The notes below the pieces were generated by a model. The model was given only the letters and a program-made list of their open reading frames with translations, searched no databases and was not told the DNA's origin. Below, piece after piece: positions 1 through 8,060 of a stretch of 18,240 nucleotides of DNA. A program made the position numbers and the translations under genes. Within the stretch, counting starts at the first letter, position 1. Each line of letters opens with the position of its first letter. The stretch lies in NCBI GenBank assembly GCA_048885525.1, contig JBHLLP010000056.1, positions 1 through 18,240 of the forward strand. The letters run 5' to 3'. Source of the DNA: Candidatus Hermodarchaeota archaeon (GTDB lineage: Archaea; Asgardarchaeota; Lokiarchaeia; Sigyniarchaeales; SOKP01).

Positions 1-104
1 CGGGCTATAGGGGAATTGAACCCCTGACCTTTCTTTTTAAGGAAGATTTTTCCTTAAATGTCAGGTTAAAAGCCTGCTGCGCTACCTGCCTGCGCCAATA
101 GCCC
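1..104 (-). tRNA. tRNA-Lys(UUU) with a ~30-nt non-canonical intron at the anticodon-stem/variable-loop junction
   Basis: Reverse complement reads GGGCTAT-TG-GCGC-AGGCAGGTA-GCGC-A-GCAGG-CT[TTT]AA-CCTGA-(insert)-AGGTC-AGGGG-TTCAATT-CCCCT-ATAGCCC-G. Acceptor, D, anticodon and T stems all pair. Anticodon is at 68-70 and discriminator G at position 1. Confidence 0.93.
30..59 (-). other. tRNA-Lys intron (30 nt, position ~43/44-44/45; boundaries +/-1)
   Basis: 30 extra nt lie between CCTG and the variable loop, with an internal 9-bp hairpin TTTAAGGAA/TTCCTTAAA. The central BHB helix is poor (CCTG/AAGA), so the exact junction is uncertain. Confidence 0.7.
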
Positions 105-235
105 ATAAAGAATTTTATTTATGTGTAGGCGTGAATTGTATAAGAATAAATCCATTATAATATAAAAATTTTATCTAAATGGGATTCTTTCCTTCAATTT
201 TTAAATAGTATATAAAGAGCTATAAAATCTCAAAC

Positions 236-1255
236 CTATTTGTTGAAATGTTCAAATCCATAATTCTTTAATTCTTTTTTCTCACTCTCTTTAACAATAT
301 AAAGTTTTTCCTCGGACACTGCTTTTCCTATTTTAAAAATCTGCCCATTTTTGGATTGAAGTTCTTTTTGAGCAGTATTAAAATCTTTAGGATCTAGAGT
401 AAATAGGTGAATGAATTCTTCACCCCCATTGAAGACCAATTCTTCTAAGGAAACATTAAATTCCTTGGAATATTTAATTGCTTCTGCATCAATTAAATTA
501 TCATTAAAATAGATTTCAAAACCTAATTTGGGATTTGATAACATTAAATCCTTTAAAGATTTATACAATCCATCAGAAGAATCTATGCTTGAAGTTGCTA
601 AATTTGTTTCTGATAATATGAATGCTTCATTTCCGGAGATTTTCGGTTCTAAAACACTCATTATAGATCTTTCATAGTTTGGAAAGTTATGATAATCAAC
701 CCTTCTGTTTAAAAGAATATCAAAACCTACTCCAGTTAATCCAAATTTATTATTAGCTACCACTATATCACCTAAATTTATCCCTTTCCTATAAATTATT
801 CTTGAAGGATTCTTAAAACCAAACACAGTCGGATTTATAATTAATTCTTTTGTTTCATTAATATCCCCCCCTATATAATCTAAATTAAATTTATTACTAT
901 AATCAATAATCCCATTCAATAATTCAACAAGTTCAAATTTTTTCAATTCATTCGGTAAGCCGAAAGATATAATTAAACCACTTGGTCTTACACCTTTAAC
1001 CAATAAATCACTCACATTCATTAATATAGATTTTCTACCAATTTGATAATAATTCATTTGGGGAGGGACATCTGTGGTGGAAACTAACATATCAGAATTT
1101 AAAATAATATTTCTAGTTGAATATTCGTTTTTAAATTCAAAAAAAAAAGAATCATCTCTTAATAGTTCTTTTCCAGTTTTTTTAAAGATTAATTCTTCTA
1201 TGACCTCTATTATTTCTAATTCTCCTAAATTTCGTATCTGAAGATTATTATTCAT
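236..1255 (-). CDS. thiL: thiamine-monophosphate kinase
   Basis: N-terminal GELEII, DD, SDML..TD, NVSDLLVKG, IGGD.N, SIDSSDGL, GGEEF and C-terminal GFEHF motifs match the ThiL (PurM-like) family. Confidence 0.92.
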   Translation of the reverse strand: MNNNLQIRNLGELEIIEVIEELIFKKTGKELLRDDSFFFEFKNEYSTRNIILNSDMLVSTTDVPPQMNYYQIGRKSILMNVSDLLVKGVRPSGLIISFGLPNELKKFELVELLNGIIDYSNKFNLDYIGGDINETKELIINPTVFGFKNPSRIIYRKGINLGDIVVANNKFGLTGVGFDILLNRRVDYHNFPNYERSIMSVLEPKISGNEAFILSETNLATSSIDSSDGLYKSLKDLMLSNPKLGFEIYFNDNLIDAEAIKYSKEFNVSLEELVFNGGEEFIHLFTLDPKDFNTAQKELQSKNGQIFKIGKAVSEEKLYIVKESEKKELKNYGFEHFNK

Positions 1256-1275
1256 TAAATAAAATTTAAAATTTT

Positions 1276-1289
1276 ATTATAATTATAAT
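1276..1289. promoter_or_regulatory. possible bidirectional TATA element between thiL and tRNA-Thr
   Basis: Perfect 14-bp palindrome ATTATAATTATAAT in the 66-bp gap between the divergent thiL (start 1255) and tRNA-Thr (start 1322). The AT-rich background weakens this call. Confidence 0.3.
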
Positions 1290-1321
1290 TTTTGAAGATT
1301 TTCGCATTTTTAAGATTTCTT

Positions 1322-1423
1322 GCCTCTGTGGCTTAGTGGGTATAGCAACATTAAAAATCATTTTGATAAAAATGTTAAAGATTCGTAATCTGTAGGTCGG
1401 GGGTTCAAATCCCCCCAGAGGCT
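1322..1423 (+). tRNA. tRNA-Thr(CGU) with 29-nt intron at position 28/29
   Basis: GCCTCTG...CAGAGGC-T acceptor and T arm GGGGG-TTCAAAT-CCCCC. After intron removal the anticodon arm is ACAGA-TT[CGT]AA-TCTGT (anticodon 1384-1386). No encoded CCA. Confidence 0.94.
1350..1378 (+). other. tRNA-Thr intron (29 nt, BHB, non-canonical 28/29)
   Basis: Central helix AGCA(1344-1347)/TGTT(1373-1376), with 3-nt bulges AC|A and AA|A. Removal restores the anticodon stem. Confidence 0.85.
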
Positions 1424-1424
1424 C

Positions 1425-2441
1425 TCATCTTACTTCCTCAGTAAAAACATAACGCTTTATCATTTGTAAAGCGAGCATTTTAAATGCATCGTTGATATTT
1501 TCTCCTGTTTTAGCTGAAGTTTCAATATATGAAAGATTTAATTTTTGAGCAAGTTCCTCTCCTTCTTCATATGATATAACACGTTGATCTTCTAGATCTA
1601 TCTTATTTCCCACCAAGATTAGTGAAATTGTTGAAGATACTTCCTTAATTTCATTAAACCAATTTTCTAATTTGTCAAAACTGTCTTTACGAGTTACATC
1701 AAACACTAAAATACCTGCTTCTGCATTCCCTAAATATGTTTGCCTTACACGTTTAAATTGTGCTTGTCCAGCTAAATCCCAGATAACAAAACGTACTTTT
1801 GATTCTAAACTTTGAAAATCACATTCTTTCTTCATTATAGATGTTCCAATTGTAGATTTATAATCACTCTGAAATGAATCCTCAACAAATCGATGGACCA
1901 TACTTGTTTTTCCTACTCCACCTTCACCACCAAGGATTAACTTGAATGCATACTCTCCTGATTGTATCTTAATTTGCTGAAGCTTATCAACTTTTCTTTG
2001 AATCTTCGGAGCTTCTTGTTCTGTGAATAATTTTGGAATCACAGGACTTACCGTTCGACCATCAAGTATTCTGGCAATTTTCTCTGCAGCTAAATATGCA
2101 TATGGAAATATAGGATCCACCATAGCAACCGAATCTAACACAGTTACAAAAATTGCTTCAGGACCAGCTTCACAAAAAATGAATCTTTGCTCTTCTGTAT
2201 CAAAAGTTCCTGTCCCAAAAGAGCCAAAACTGAATTCTTCAGTAATTCTGGTCAAAACCGGTTCCACTAATGCACTCACTCCGCCAATTACATCTTCTTC
2301 TACTTCACTTTCCGAAGATCCTTTTAAAGCAGACATTACAAGACCTTCTCTATTTACGATAAGAGCTGTGATTAAATTTTCTCCAACTTCTTGTTTATAC
2401 CATTTTAATAATGCTTCAAGTTTATTTCGATCAACTGACAT
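1425..2441 (-). CDS. Roadblock/LC7 (MglB-like) domain fused to a Rab-like small GTPase
   Basis: C-terminal half has G1 GEGGVGKTS, G2 STIG, G3 WDLAGQ, G4 NKID and G5 ETSAK. The N-terminal ~125 aa show the roadblock pattern (ALIVNREGLVMS...IGGVSA...EAGPEAIFVTV...AEKIARIL). No C-terminal prenylation cysteine. Confidence 0.9.
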   Translation of the reverse strand: MSVDRNKLEALLKWYKQEVGENLITALIVNREGLVMSALKGSSESEVEEDVIGGVSALVEPVLTRITEEFSFGSFGTGTFDTEEQRFIFCEAGPEAIFVTVLDSVAMVDPIFPYAYLAAEKIARILDGRTVSPVIPKLFTEQEAPKIQRKVDKLQQIKIQSGEYAFKLILGGEGGVGKTSMVHRFVEDSFQSDYKSTIGTSIMKKECDFQSLESKVRFVIWDLAGQAQFKRVRQTYLGNAEAGILVFDVTRKDSFDKLENWFNEIKEVSSTISLILVGNKIDLEDQRVISYEEGEELAQKLNLSYIETSAKTGENINDAFKMLALQMIKRYVFTEEVR

Positions 2442-2821
2442 GAATCAACCAACCATTTAATTTTATTTCCAAATGCATTATAGAATAAATAAAATATATT
2501 ATTTTATATAATAGATTTGTTATAAAAATTTATAGAAAACGATAATCTTAAAGAAATTTGAATTTAAGCTCGTGATTTATAAAAATAAAATGAGATATCT
2601 CATCTATGGAATTACAACAAAAATTAGCTCTTATTTTTCTTCAAAGATCCAGTTTCTCTTTTAAATATAATAAATAACTTAATGTATTAATCAAGGATAA
2701 TAAGGAAGAAAAATTATAAAAATTGTATTCACTATCTTAAATCTATTATTCAAGAGAAATTTGTTTACAAGAAAATAGCCTTATCACGGCAGGAGTTGCC
2801 AAGCCTGGTCTACGGCGCTAG

Positions 2822-2851
2822 AATATTGCACTATTGTGCTCTTATGGCGTT
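2822..2851 (+). other. tRNA-Leu intron 1 (30 nt, BHB, position 30/31)
   Basis: Full hBHBh' motif: outer CGG/CTG, central CGCT(2816-2819)/GGCG(2846-2849), bulges AG|A and TT|A, inner ATA/TAT plus a GCAC/GTGC hairpin. Confidence 0.87.
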
Positions 2852-2875
2852 ACTGAGGCTCTAGTGACATAGGTC

Positions 2876-2903
2876 TTCGAAGGAACATTGTCCTCGACCT
2901 AAA
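2876..2903 (+). other. tRNA-Leu intron 2 (28 nt, BHB, in the variable arm)
   Basis: Central TAGG(2870-2873)/CCTA(2898-2901), bulges TC|T and AA|T, inner TCGA/TCGA. Removal gives a normal Leu variable arm. Confidence 0.87.
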
Positions 2904-3099
2904 TTCGTGGGTTCGAATCCCACCTCCTGCACATTATTTTGAATTTCATATTATTTTCATATATTATTATATTTAAATTAAAGATAAATTAAATCTTAAT
3001 TTAAAATTATAATATATATCTCTACTAAAAAAAATGAATTTAAATTAATGACTATTAACTATAGTATTTAAAATAAAATATTCAATAACAAAATAATTA

Positions 3100-4302
3100 G
3101 TGATTTCAATTTCAACATTACAGATATATGATGAACCAAACACGCTTGAACATGTTAAATCATTAGCTTTTAATCGAACTGCTACGTCTACGGGAGAAAC
3201 TGAAGCAGTAAATTATATAGAAAAAGAGTTAATAGAGAGTGGTATTAATCCAAAAATTGAACATTTTGGGTGGGCAGGACCCCTGAAGATATTGATGAGA
3301 ACGACATATATCCTAATTTTAATTTATTTAATCCTTTTTCGCCTATATTTAGTTATTATCGCGTACTTTATTATAAAAAATATGTTTGAAAAAACTCGTA
3401 AAATCACATTTGTAAAAAATGAAGAATCTAAGAACATCTATACACTTATCCCAGCTAAGGAAAATGTACCAAATCGACCTTTAGTCATAATAACTGCTCA
3501 TTATGATTCAATTTCAGCAAATTTACCGTATAAAATACAGGTGATTATTTTCTTTATTTATCGTCTCATAGTCATATTTTACATTTTACTTACTATAACA
3601 TTTTCAGTAATACTTATTCTCGATATTCTTGCCATCGCCCCTTTCACAAATTTTATTGTTATTCTAATAACTTTTAGTACTATTGGTGGTGTGTTTATTT
3701 CAATCCCAATACTATATCTAGTATTTAGTGAAAAAGATTCATTTGGCTCAATTGATAATGCAAGTGGTGTTGCGATTTTAATTGAAATGGCAAAAATGTT
3801 TAAAAAAAACCCACTTGAAAATATGGATCTTCTTTTGTTATGGTGTGGCGCTGAAGAATGGGGATTAAAAGGCTCAAGAAGTTTTTGTCGAACTCACTTT
3901 ATAAGTTTGATTAGAACATATGATTTCAATAGATCTTATAATATTAATCTCGATATGGTAGGAACATACATAGGACTTCTAAATAAAACGGGAATATTTA
4001 GAAGGAAAATTAATAAAAATCTAAATGATATTCTTGAAGCAACAGCAAAACAATTGAATTTACCAATCGTAAAATATAATAAAACTATTAAACCTCAAAG
4101 TGATTATAAAACTTTTAAAAGCTTTGCTAAAAAAGCTAGAAGAAAATTACAAGTAGCCTGCTTTCATTCAAGTAAAGATTCAAAATATATCCATTCTTTA
4201 AAAGATACACCTGCATTGTGTTCTGTAGAAAATCTTAACGGGTGTTTAAATATCTGCCTTCAAAGTCTGAGGAGTGTGGACTTAAGGTTAGAAGATATTT
4301 AA
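3100..4302 (+). CDS. membrane-embedded M28-family metallopeptidase
   Basis: AHYDS, DNASGVA, GAEEWGL, NLDMVG, SDY and IHS..DT zinc-binding motifs, with hydrophobic transmembrane-like stretches inserted. GTG start is uncertain. Confidence 0.85.
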   Translation: MISISTLQIYDEPNTLEHVKSLAFNRTATSTGETEAVNYIEKELIESGINPKIEHFGWAGPLKILMRTTYILILIYLILFRLYLVIIAYFIIKNMFEKTRKITFVKNEESKNIYTLIPAKENVPNRPLVIITAHYDSISANLPYKIQVIIFFIYRLIVIFYILLTITFSVILILDILAIAPFTNFIVILITFSTIGGVFISIPILYLVFSEKDSFGSIDNASGVAILIEMAKMFKKNPLENMDLLLLWCGAEEWGLKGSRSFCRTHFISLIRTYDFNRSYNINLDMVGTYIGLLNKTGIFRRKINKNLNDILEATAKQLNLPIVKYNKTIKPQSDYKTFKSFAKKARRKLQVACFHSSKDSKYIHSLKDTPALCSVENLNGCLNICLQSLRSVDLRLEDI

Positions 4303-7300
4303 AAAAAATCAGAGAGTTTATGTTGTTTAATTTTTGGATTATTAGTTAAACTTTCAACATATTCTTCTATTAATTCCATTCGCTGTTTAGTATAATCATC
4401 TAAATTAAATTCATCACATAATTTTAAAGCGCGAGGAATGTATTTTTCAATGCCTCCACGATTTACGGTTAAAATAATTCTATTACCACATTTAATGCAT
4501 TTTCCACTGTTTGATATAGGAGGACGTCTGTATTTCTCATTGCATTTAACACACCGAAAATTCTGAACAGAAAACTTTCTCAAATTTCCTAGTATATCTG
4601 GGTTGAAATGAGTAGTTAGAATTTTTTCAGCCACTTTTTTTGCTTTAACAGGTTTGATAATGTTTGCAAGGTGCAGTTGAGCTTCGATCTTATCGTCCAT
4701 AGATTCATACAATTTGTATGCGCTAGTTACAGGACCTTCATTAATGTCATTAGTTGGAATATTGTACCCTATATCTTCATATTGTTCAGGAAGTCCTAAT
4801 CGATTTTTAACTAAATTCATTATTGGTTCTATTTCAGAAGGCAAGCAATATTGTTCAGTTGCCTCATAAAACTCTAACGGATATTTAGTTAGTGTATCTA
4901 TATTATGTGCTTCAACATCAATTTCATTAGGGTCAATTTTAGTACCAATTACTAAAGTAGCATCCATTCTTCCACCTATCTTACTAGGAAGATAATGTCT
5001 TGAAAAATTTAGTATAGGATCTAAAAGCAACATAATCCCATCTTCATCGCCATCACAATTTCTCCTCTTTGCTGCATGCCAATAGGGATGAGCATAAATT
5101 GCTCTTGCGGGTGTAAATCCAATTATTCTACCAATTATTCCCGCGCTTGTATGAGGTGCTAAACCTACCACTAAATGTCCTATTAAATCTTCTCTAATTG
5201 ATACATTATAGAAACGCTCCATTTTATAAAAAAACTCTAATTCATCATCTAAAAAATTCGCAACTTTTATGAAATAATTAGCACAATCATCAGAGAGAAT
5301 AATATCTTGAACTTTCAATTCTAAAACTTGACTTTCTTCTATAAGAGTGTTTTTATTACAATCTTGCTCATATCCTAAATCTTTTAATAATTTTATTGAT
5401 ACACCGATTTCTAATGGTTTAAAATGAGTTAATGGTATATCAGTAGCATCATATCTTATTTCTGCTGTTTTATAAACTAAAACATCATTTTTTGCTCTCA
5501 AAATTCCTTTTTCAAGAGGTTCGGGAACTTTATATTCATTGGTTAAACCGATAATACCCTTTGTTTTCTTAGGTAATTGTAATTTAAGTGATTTTAATAT
5601 TGAGCGTACATATTGTTTAATATTGAATTTTACTTCACTAGTGGTTTTCAGAAGTTCGTGACATTTTGAGCATGTTTGTTCAAAGGTAGGGTAAAGTATT
5701 TTGCATCGTGAACATATTTTTTGCACTTCAGTATGAGCACCACATGTTGGACAGATGTTAAAGATACTAGGCTTCCCACAATTCGAGCATTTTTTTCTGC
5801 ATACATCTATTATGACTTTCCCCGTTTCTATAATGTTATTATTTCTACTAAAATCGACAGTGCTCCTTTTTTTAAGTCTAATTTCATTTTCATTTTTTTT
5901 TCGTGTATTATATCCAATTGCTTTCACAAGTAATCTTGAACTACCAACAACATTACTTAAAGGAAAAAGTGTATGGATTCCTTTCATACTTTTTCTTTCT
6001 GATTTTTCCGGGCGTCCCATACGTGATCCAATATAATATGGTGCTTTATTTTTGATTTTAAAAGGAGAAATCTTATAGAAATAAGTGAAAACGTCATCAT
6101 CCTTTTCAAAATTTGTTTCTTTCTCATCCTCTAAATTAAAAATTTTTTGATAAATAAAACTCATTGCTTTACTAAAGACAATTTTATTGTCCTTTACTTT
6201 ATGAAGAATAAATGCTTTTTCCAGAATTTTTTTAATTGATTTTTCATAAGGTAATTTAATCCTTGGTTCATGTTTAGAGAAATTATTTATTAGAACAGTT
6301 CGTATTAAATCCAACTCTTCTGTTGTAATATTACCCCAGAAATCTAAATATGAAGGATGTAAAGGAATATCAAATCTTTTTGAAATTTTTATTGCTTCTT
6401 CTGCTGATGGGATATTTTGAAAAGGATTTTTAATAAAGTCATCCAATTGAGTGTCTTTTTTTTTTAGATCTTTAGTAGCTTTCTCTAATTCTAAAGCCCA
6501 CCACTCTTCTACATATCCAGAGGGTATTAAAATATGGTTATTCTCATTAAATTCACCATAACCAAAGAGTATATCACCTAAAAATAGTACCTTCATAATT
6601 TCTGGAAAAATTTGTTTTGCTTTTTTAAAACTTGAAACTTTTATTACATCCTCATTTTTTAGTTTAACAATAGGTGGTTCAATACTATTTACAGGACATA
6701 TACTAGTACTTTTTCCTGGGCGTTCAATTCTCAATTGAGTCCCAATTGCTATAAATTCATCCAAAACTGCCATTGTTGCAGGATGCATTCCTCCTGCAGC
6801 TAACCCTGTATTTCTAGATCGCCCATATCTTATTCTATGACCGCCTACTTTTGAAGGATGACTAAAAACTGGTCGGCCTGCGATAATATCCGCTACGTAT
6901 TTAGAATTTGGTGTAATTTCTACTTTTTTTTTGTTCTCTCCCTTTTGAACTTTTTCCTTCTTATCTTGTTTCTGAACAATTTTTTTCAATTCCCCAAGCC
7001 AGTTCCAACCTTCTAAATTCATAGCATTTGCGATCTTGAGCAATTTAGGTGCTTTAAGGAGTATGCCATCATTTAGAACCAAACAAGCACCTCCTCTTAT
7101 ATTATTTGTTTCAATTCTAGGTAAATCTCTAAATGCTGAAACTTCTTCAGCCTCAGTCGAATCGCCATTAATTTCTACTGGCAATTGACTCACAGCATAT
7201 CGAATTTCTTGGTTCGATGAAGGGTATTGCAAATGTACAATTCTATCATATAATTTAACTTCTTCTACATATCTGCCAATTTCAGCTTCAGTAGCTTCAT

Positions 7301-7820
7301 ATTTAGGAATTTTTGATTTTCTTCTCACATAATCAGCAATCAACACACATAATGCAGCGGTTGTACCCCCCGCAGCTCGAATTGGCCCAGCAAAATATAA
7401 TGACAAATATTTTTTGCCAAAAGTATCTTTTCTAATTAAAATTTTAGAAATTCCTTCAAGTGGAGCACTTACAACTCCCATTGTTTTTATAGCTAATCCT
7501 ATTCTTATTGCTCTATCCGCACGAGCCTCTAAAGATTCAATTTCTCCTATTTTATTTTCTAAAATATCTGCAACTACTTTGAAAACAAGTTCATTCTCAG
7601 TTAATCCTTTTGATTTTAATGCTCTTATTACCTCTGCAACACCTTTTGGACCTACCAGCTTCTCTACTCGTCCAGCTAAGTCTTTCGCTTGAGGAGATTC
7701 TACTTCTACTTCAGGATCAAGTCCTTTTTGACGTGCTTGTTCTGCAACAGAATAACATTTATCAACTTGCTTCTGAATTCGATTAAAATATAATTCCATA
7801 CCTTTACTTATATCTGGCAT
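4299..7820 (-). CDS. polC: DNA polymerase D large subunit DP2
   Basis: YFAGPIRAAGGT, IAGRPVF, RYGRSRNTG, RMGRPEK, catalytic KRRNCDGDED, GG.MDA.LV, CxxC zinc fingers and a C-terminal PIP box QHKLSDFF. No intein. Confidence 0.98.
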   Translation of the reverse strand: MPDISKGMELYFNRIQKQVDKCYSVAEQARQKGLDPEVEVESPQAKDLAGRVEKLVGPKGVAEVIRALKSKGLTENELVFKVVADILENKIGEIESLEARADRAIRIGLAIKTMGVVSAPLEGISKILIRKDTFGKKYLSLYFAGPIRAAGGTTAALCVLIADYVRRKSKIPKYEATEAEIGRYVEEVKLYDRIVHLQYPSSNQEIRYAVSQLPVEINGDSTEAEEVSAFRDLPRIETNNIRGGACLVLNDGILLKAPKLLKIANAMNLEGWNWLGELKKIVQKQDKKEKVQKGENKKKVEITPNSKYVADIIAGRPVFSHPSKVGGHRIRYGRSRNTGLAAGGMHPATMAVLDEFIAIGTQLRIERPGKSTSICPVNSIEPPIVKLKNEDVIKVSSFKKAKQIFPEIMKVLFLGDILFGYGEFNENNHILIPSGYVEEWWALELEKATKDLKKKDTQLDDFIKNPFQNIPSAEEAIKISKRFDIPLHPSYLDFWGNITTEELDLIRTVLINNFSKHEPRIKLPYEKSIKKILEKAFILHKVKDNKIVFSKAMSFIYQKIFNLEDEKETNFEKDDDVFTYFYKISPFKIKNKAPYYIGSRMGRPEKSERKSMKGIHTLFPLSNVVGSSRLLVKAIGYNTRKKNENEIRLKKRSTVDFSRNNNIIETGKVIIDVCRKKCSNCGKPSIFNICPTCGAHTEVQKICSRCKILYPTFEQTCSKCHELLKTTSEVKFNIKQYVRSILKSLKLQLPKKTKGIIGLTNEYKVPEPLEKGILRAKNDVLVYKTAEIRYDATDIPLTHFKPLEIGVSIKLLKDLGYEQDCNKNTLIEESQVLELKVQDIILSDDCANYFIKVANFLDDELEFFYKMERFYNVSIREDLIGHLVVGLAPHTSAGIIGRIIGFTPARAIYAHPYWHAAKRRNCDGDEDGIMLLLDPILNFSRHYLPSKIGGRMDATLVIGTKIDPNEIDVEAHNIDTLTKYPLEFYEATEQYCLPSEIEPIMNLVKNRLGLPEQYEDIGYNIPTNDINEGPVTSAYKLYESMDDKIEAQLHLANIIKPVKAKKVAEKILTTHFNPDILGNLRKFSVQNFRCVKCNEKYRRPPISNSGKCIKCGNRIILTVNRGGIEKYIPRALKLCDEFNLDDYTKQRMELIEEYVESLTNNPKIKQHKLSDFF

Positions 7821-8060
7821 AAATTACACTATTTTTAAAATTGAGAATAACCAATTTTATGAAACTTAGAATTAATATATTTAATTTTATGAATTAAATT
7901 AAATTCATTTATTAATCAGCTATTTCATTAATAAATTTAGAGAGAATGCTAATTTTCTACAGTCTTAGTTTATAAAAAGAAATATGTTTTTCCTTTAATA
8001 ATAAAAAATTTATTTATTATCCTCAACAATTATAATAATTCCATTTTAAATAGAAGAATA

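Larger units (their letters stand above)
2789..2931 (+). tRNA. tRNA-Leu(GAG) with two non-canonical introns
   Basis: GCAGGAG/CTCCTGC-A acceptor and Leu-type D arm GCCAAGCCTGGTCTACGGC. Spliced anticodon arm is CTAGA-CT[GAG]GC-TCTAG (anticodon 2855-2857). Spliced variable arm is T-GAC-ATAG-GTC-TTC and T arm is GTGGG-TTCGAAT-CCCAC. Confidence 0.93.

Noticed and set aside
2023-2460. 145-aa + strand ORF
   Set aside because: Antisense shadow of the roadblock-Rab gene; Ser/Thr/Pro-rich with no motifs.
2461-2788. AT-rich intergenic region as a possible ncRNA or repeat array
   Set aside because: No GC-rich stems, repeats or credible ORF; consistent with divergent promoters for the GTPase gene and tRNA-Leu.
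5820-5915. Charged insertion in DP2 (YNTRKKNENEIRLKKRSTVDFSRNNN) as a hidden in-frame intron
   Set aside because: No hairpin or BHB found by eye; looks like a variable loop.
5721-6036. Two short + strand ORFs (70 and 93 aa)
   Set aside because: Entirely antisense within DP2.
7414-7692. 92-aa + strand ORF
   Set aside because: Antisense within DP2.
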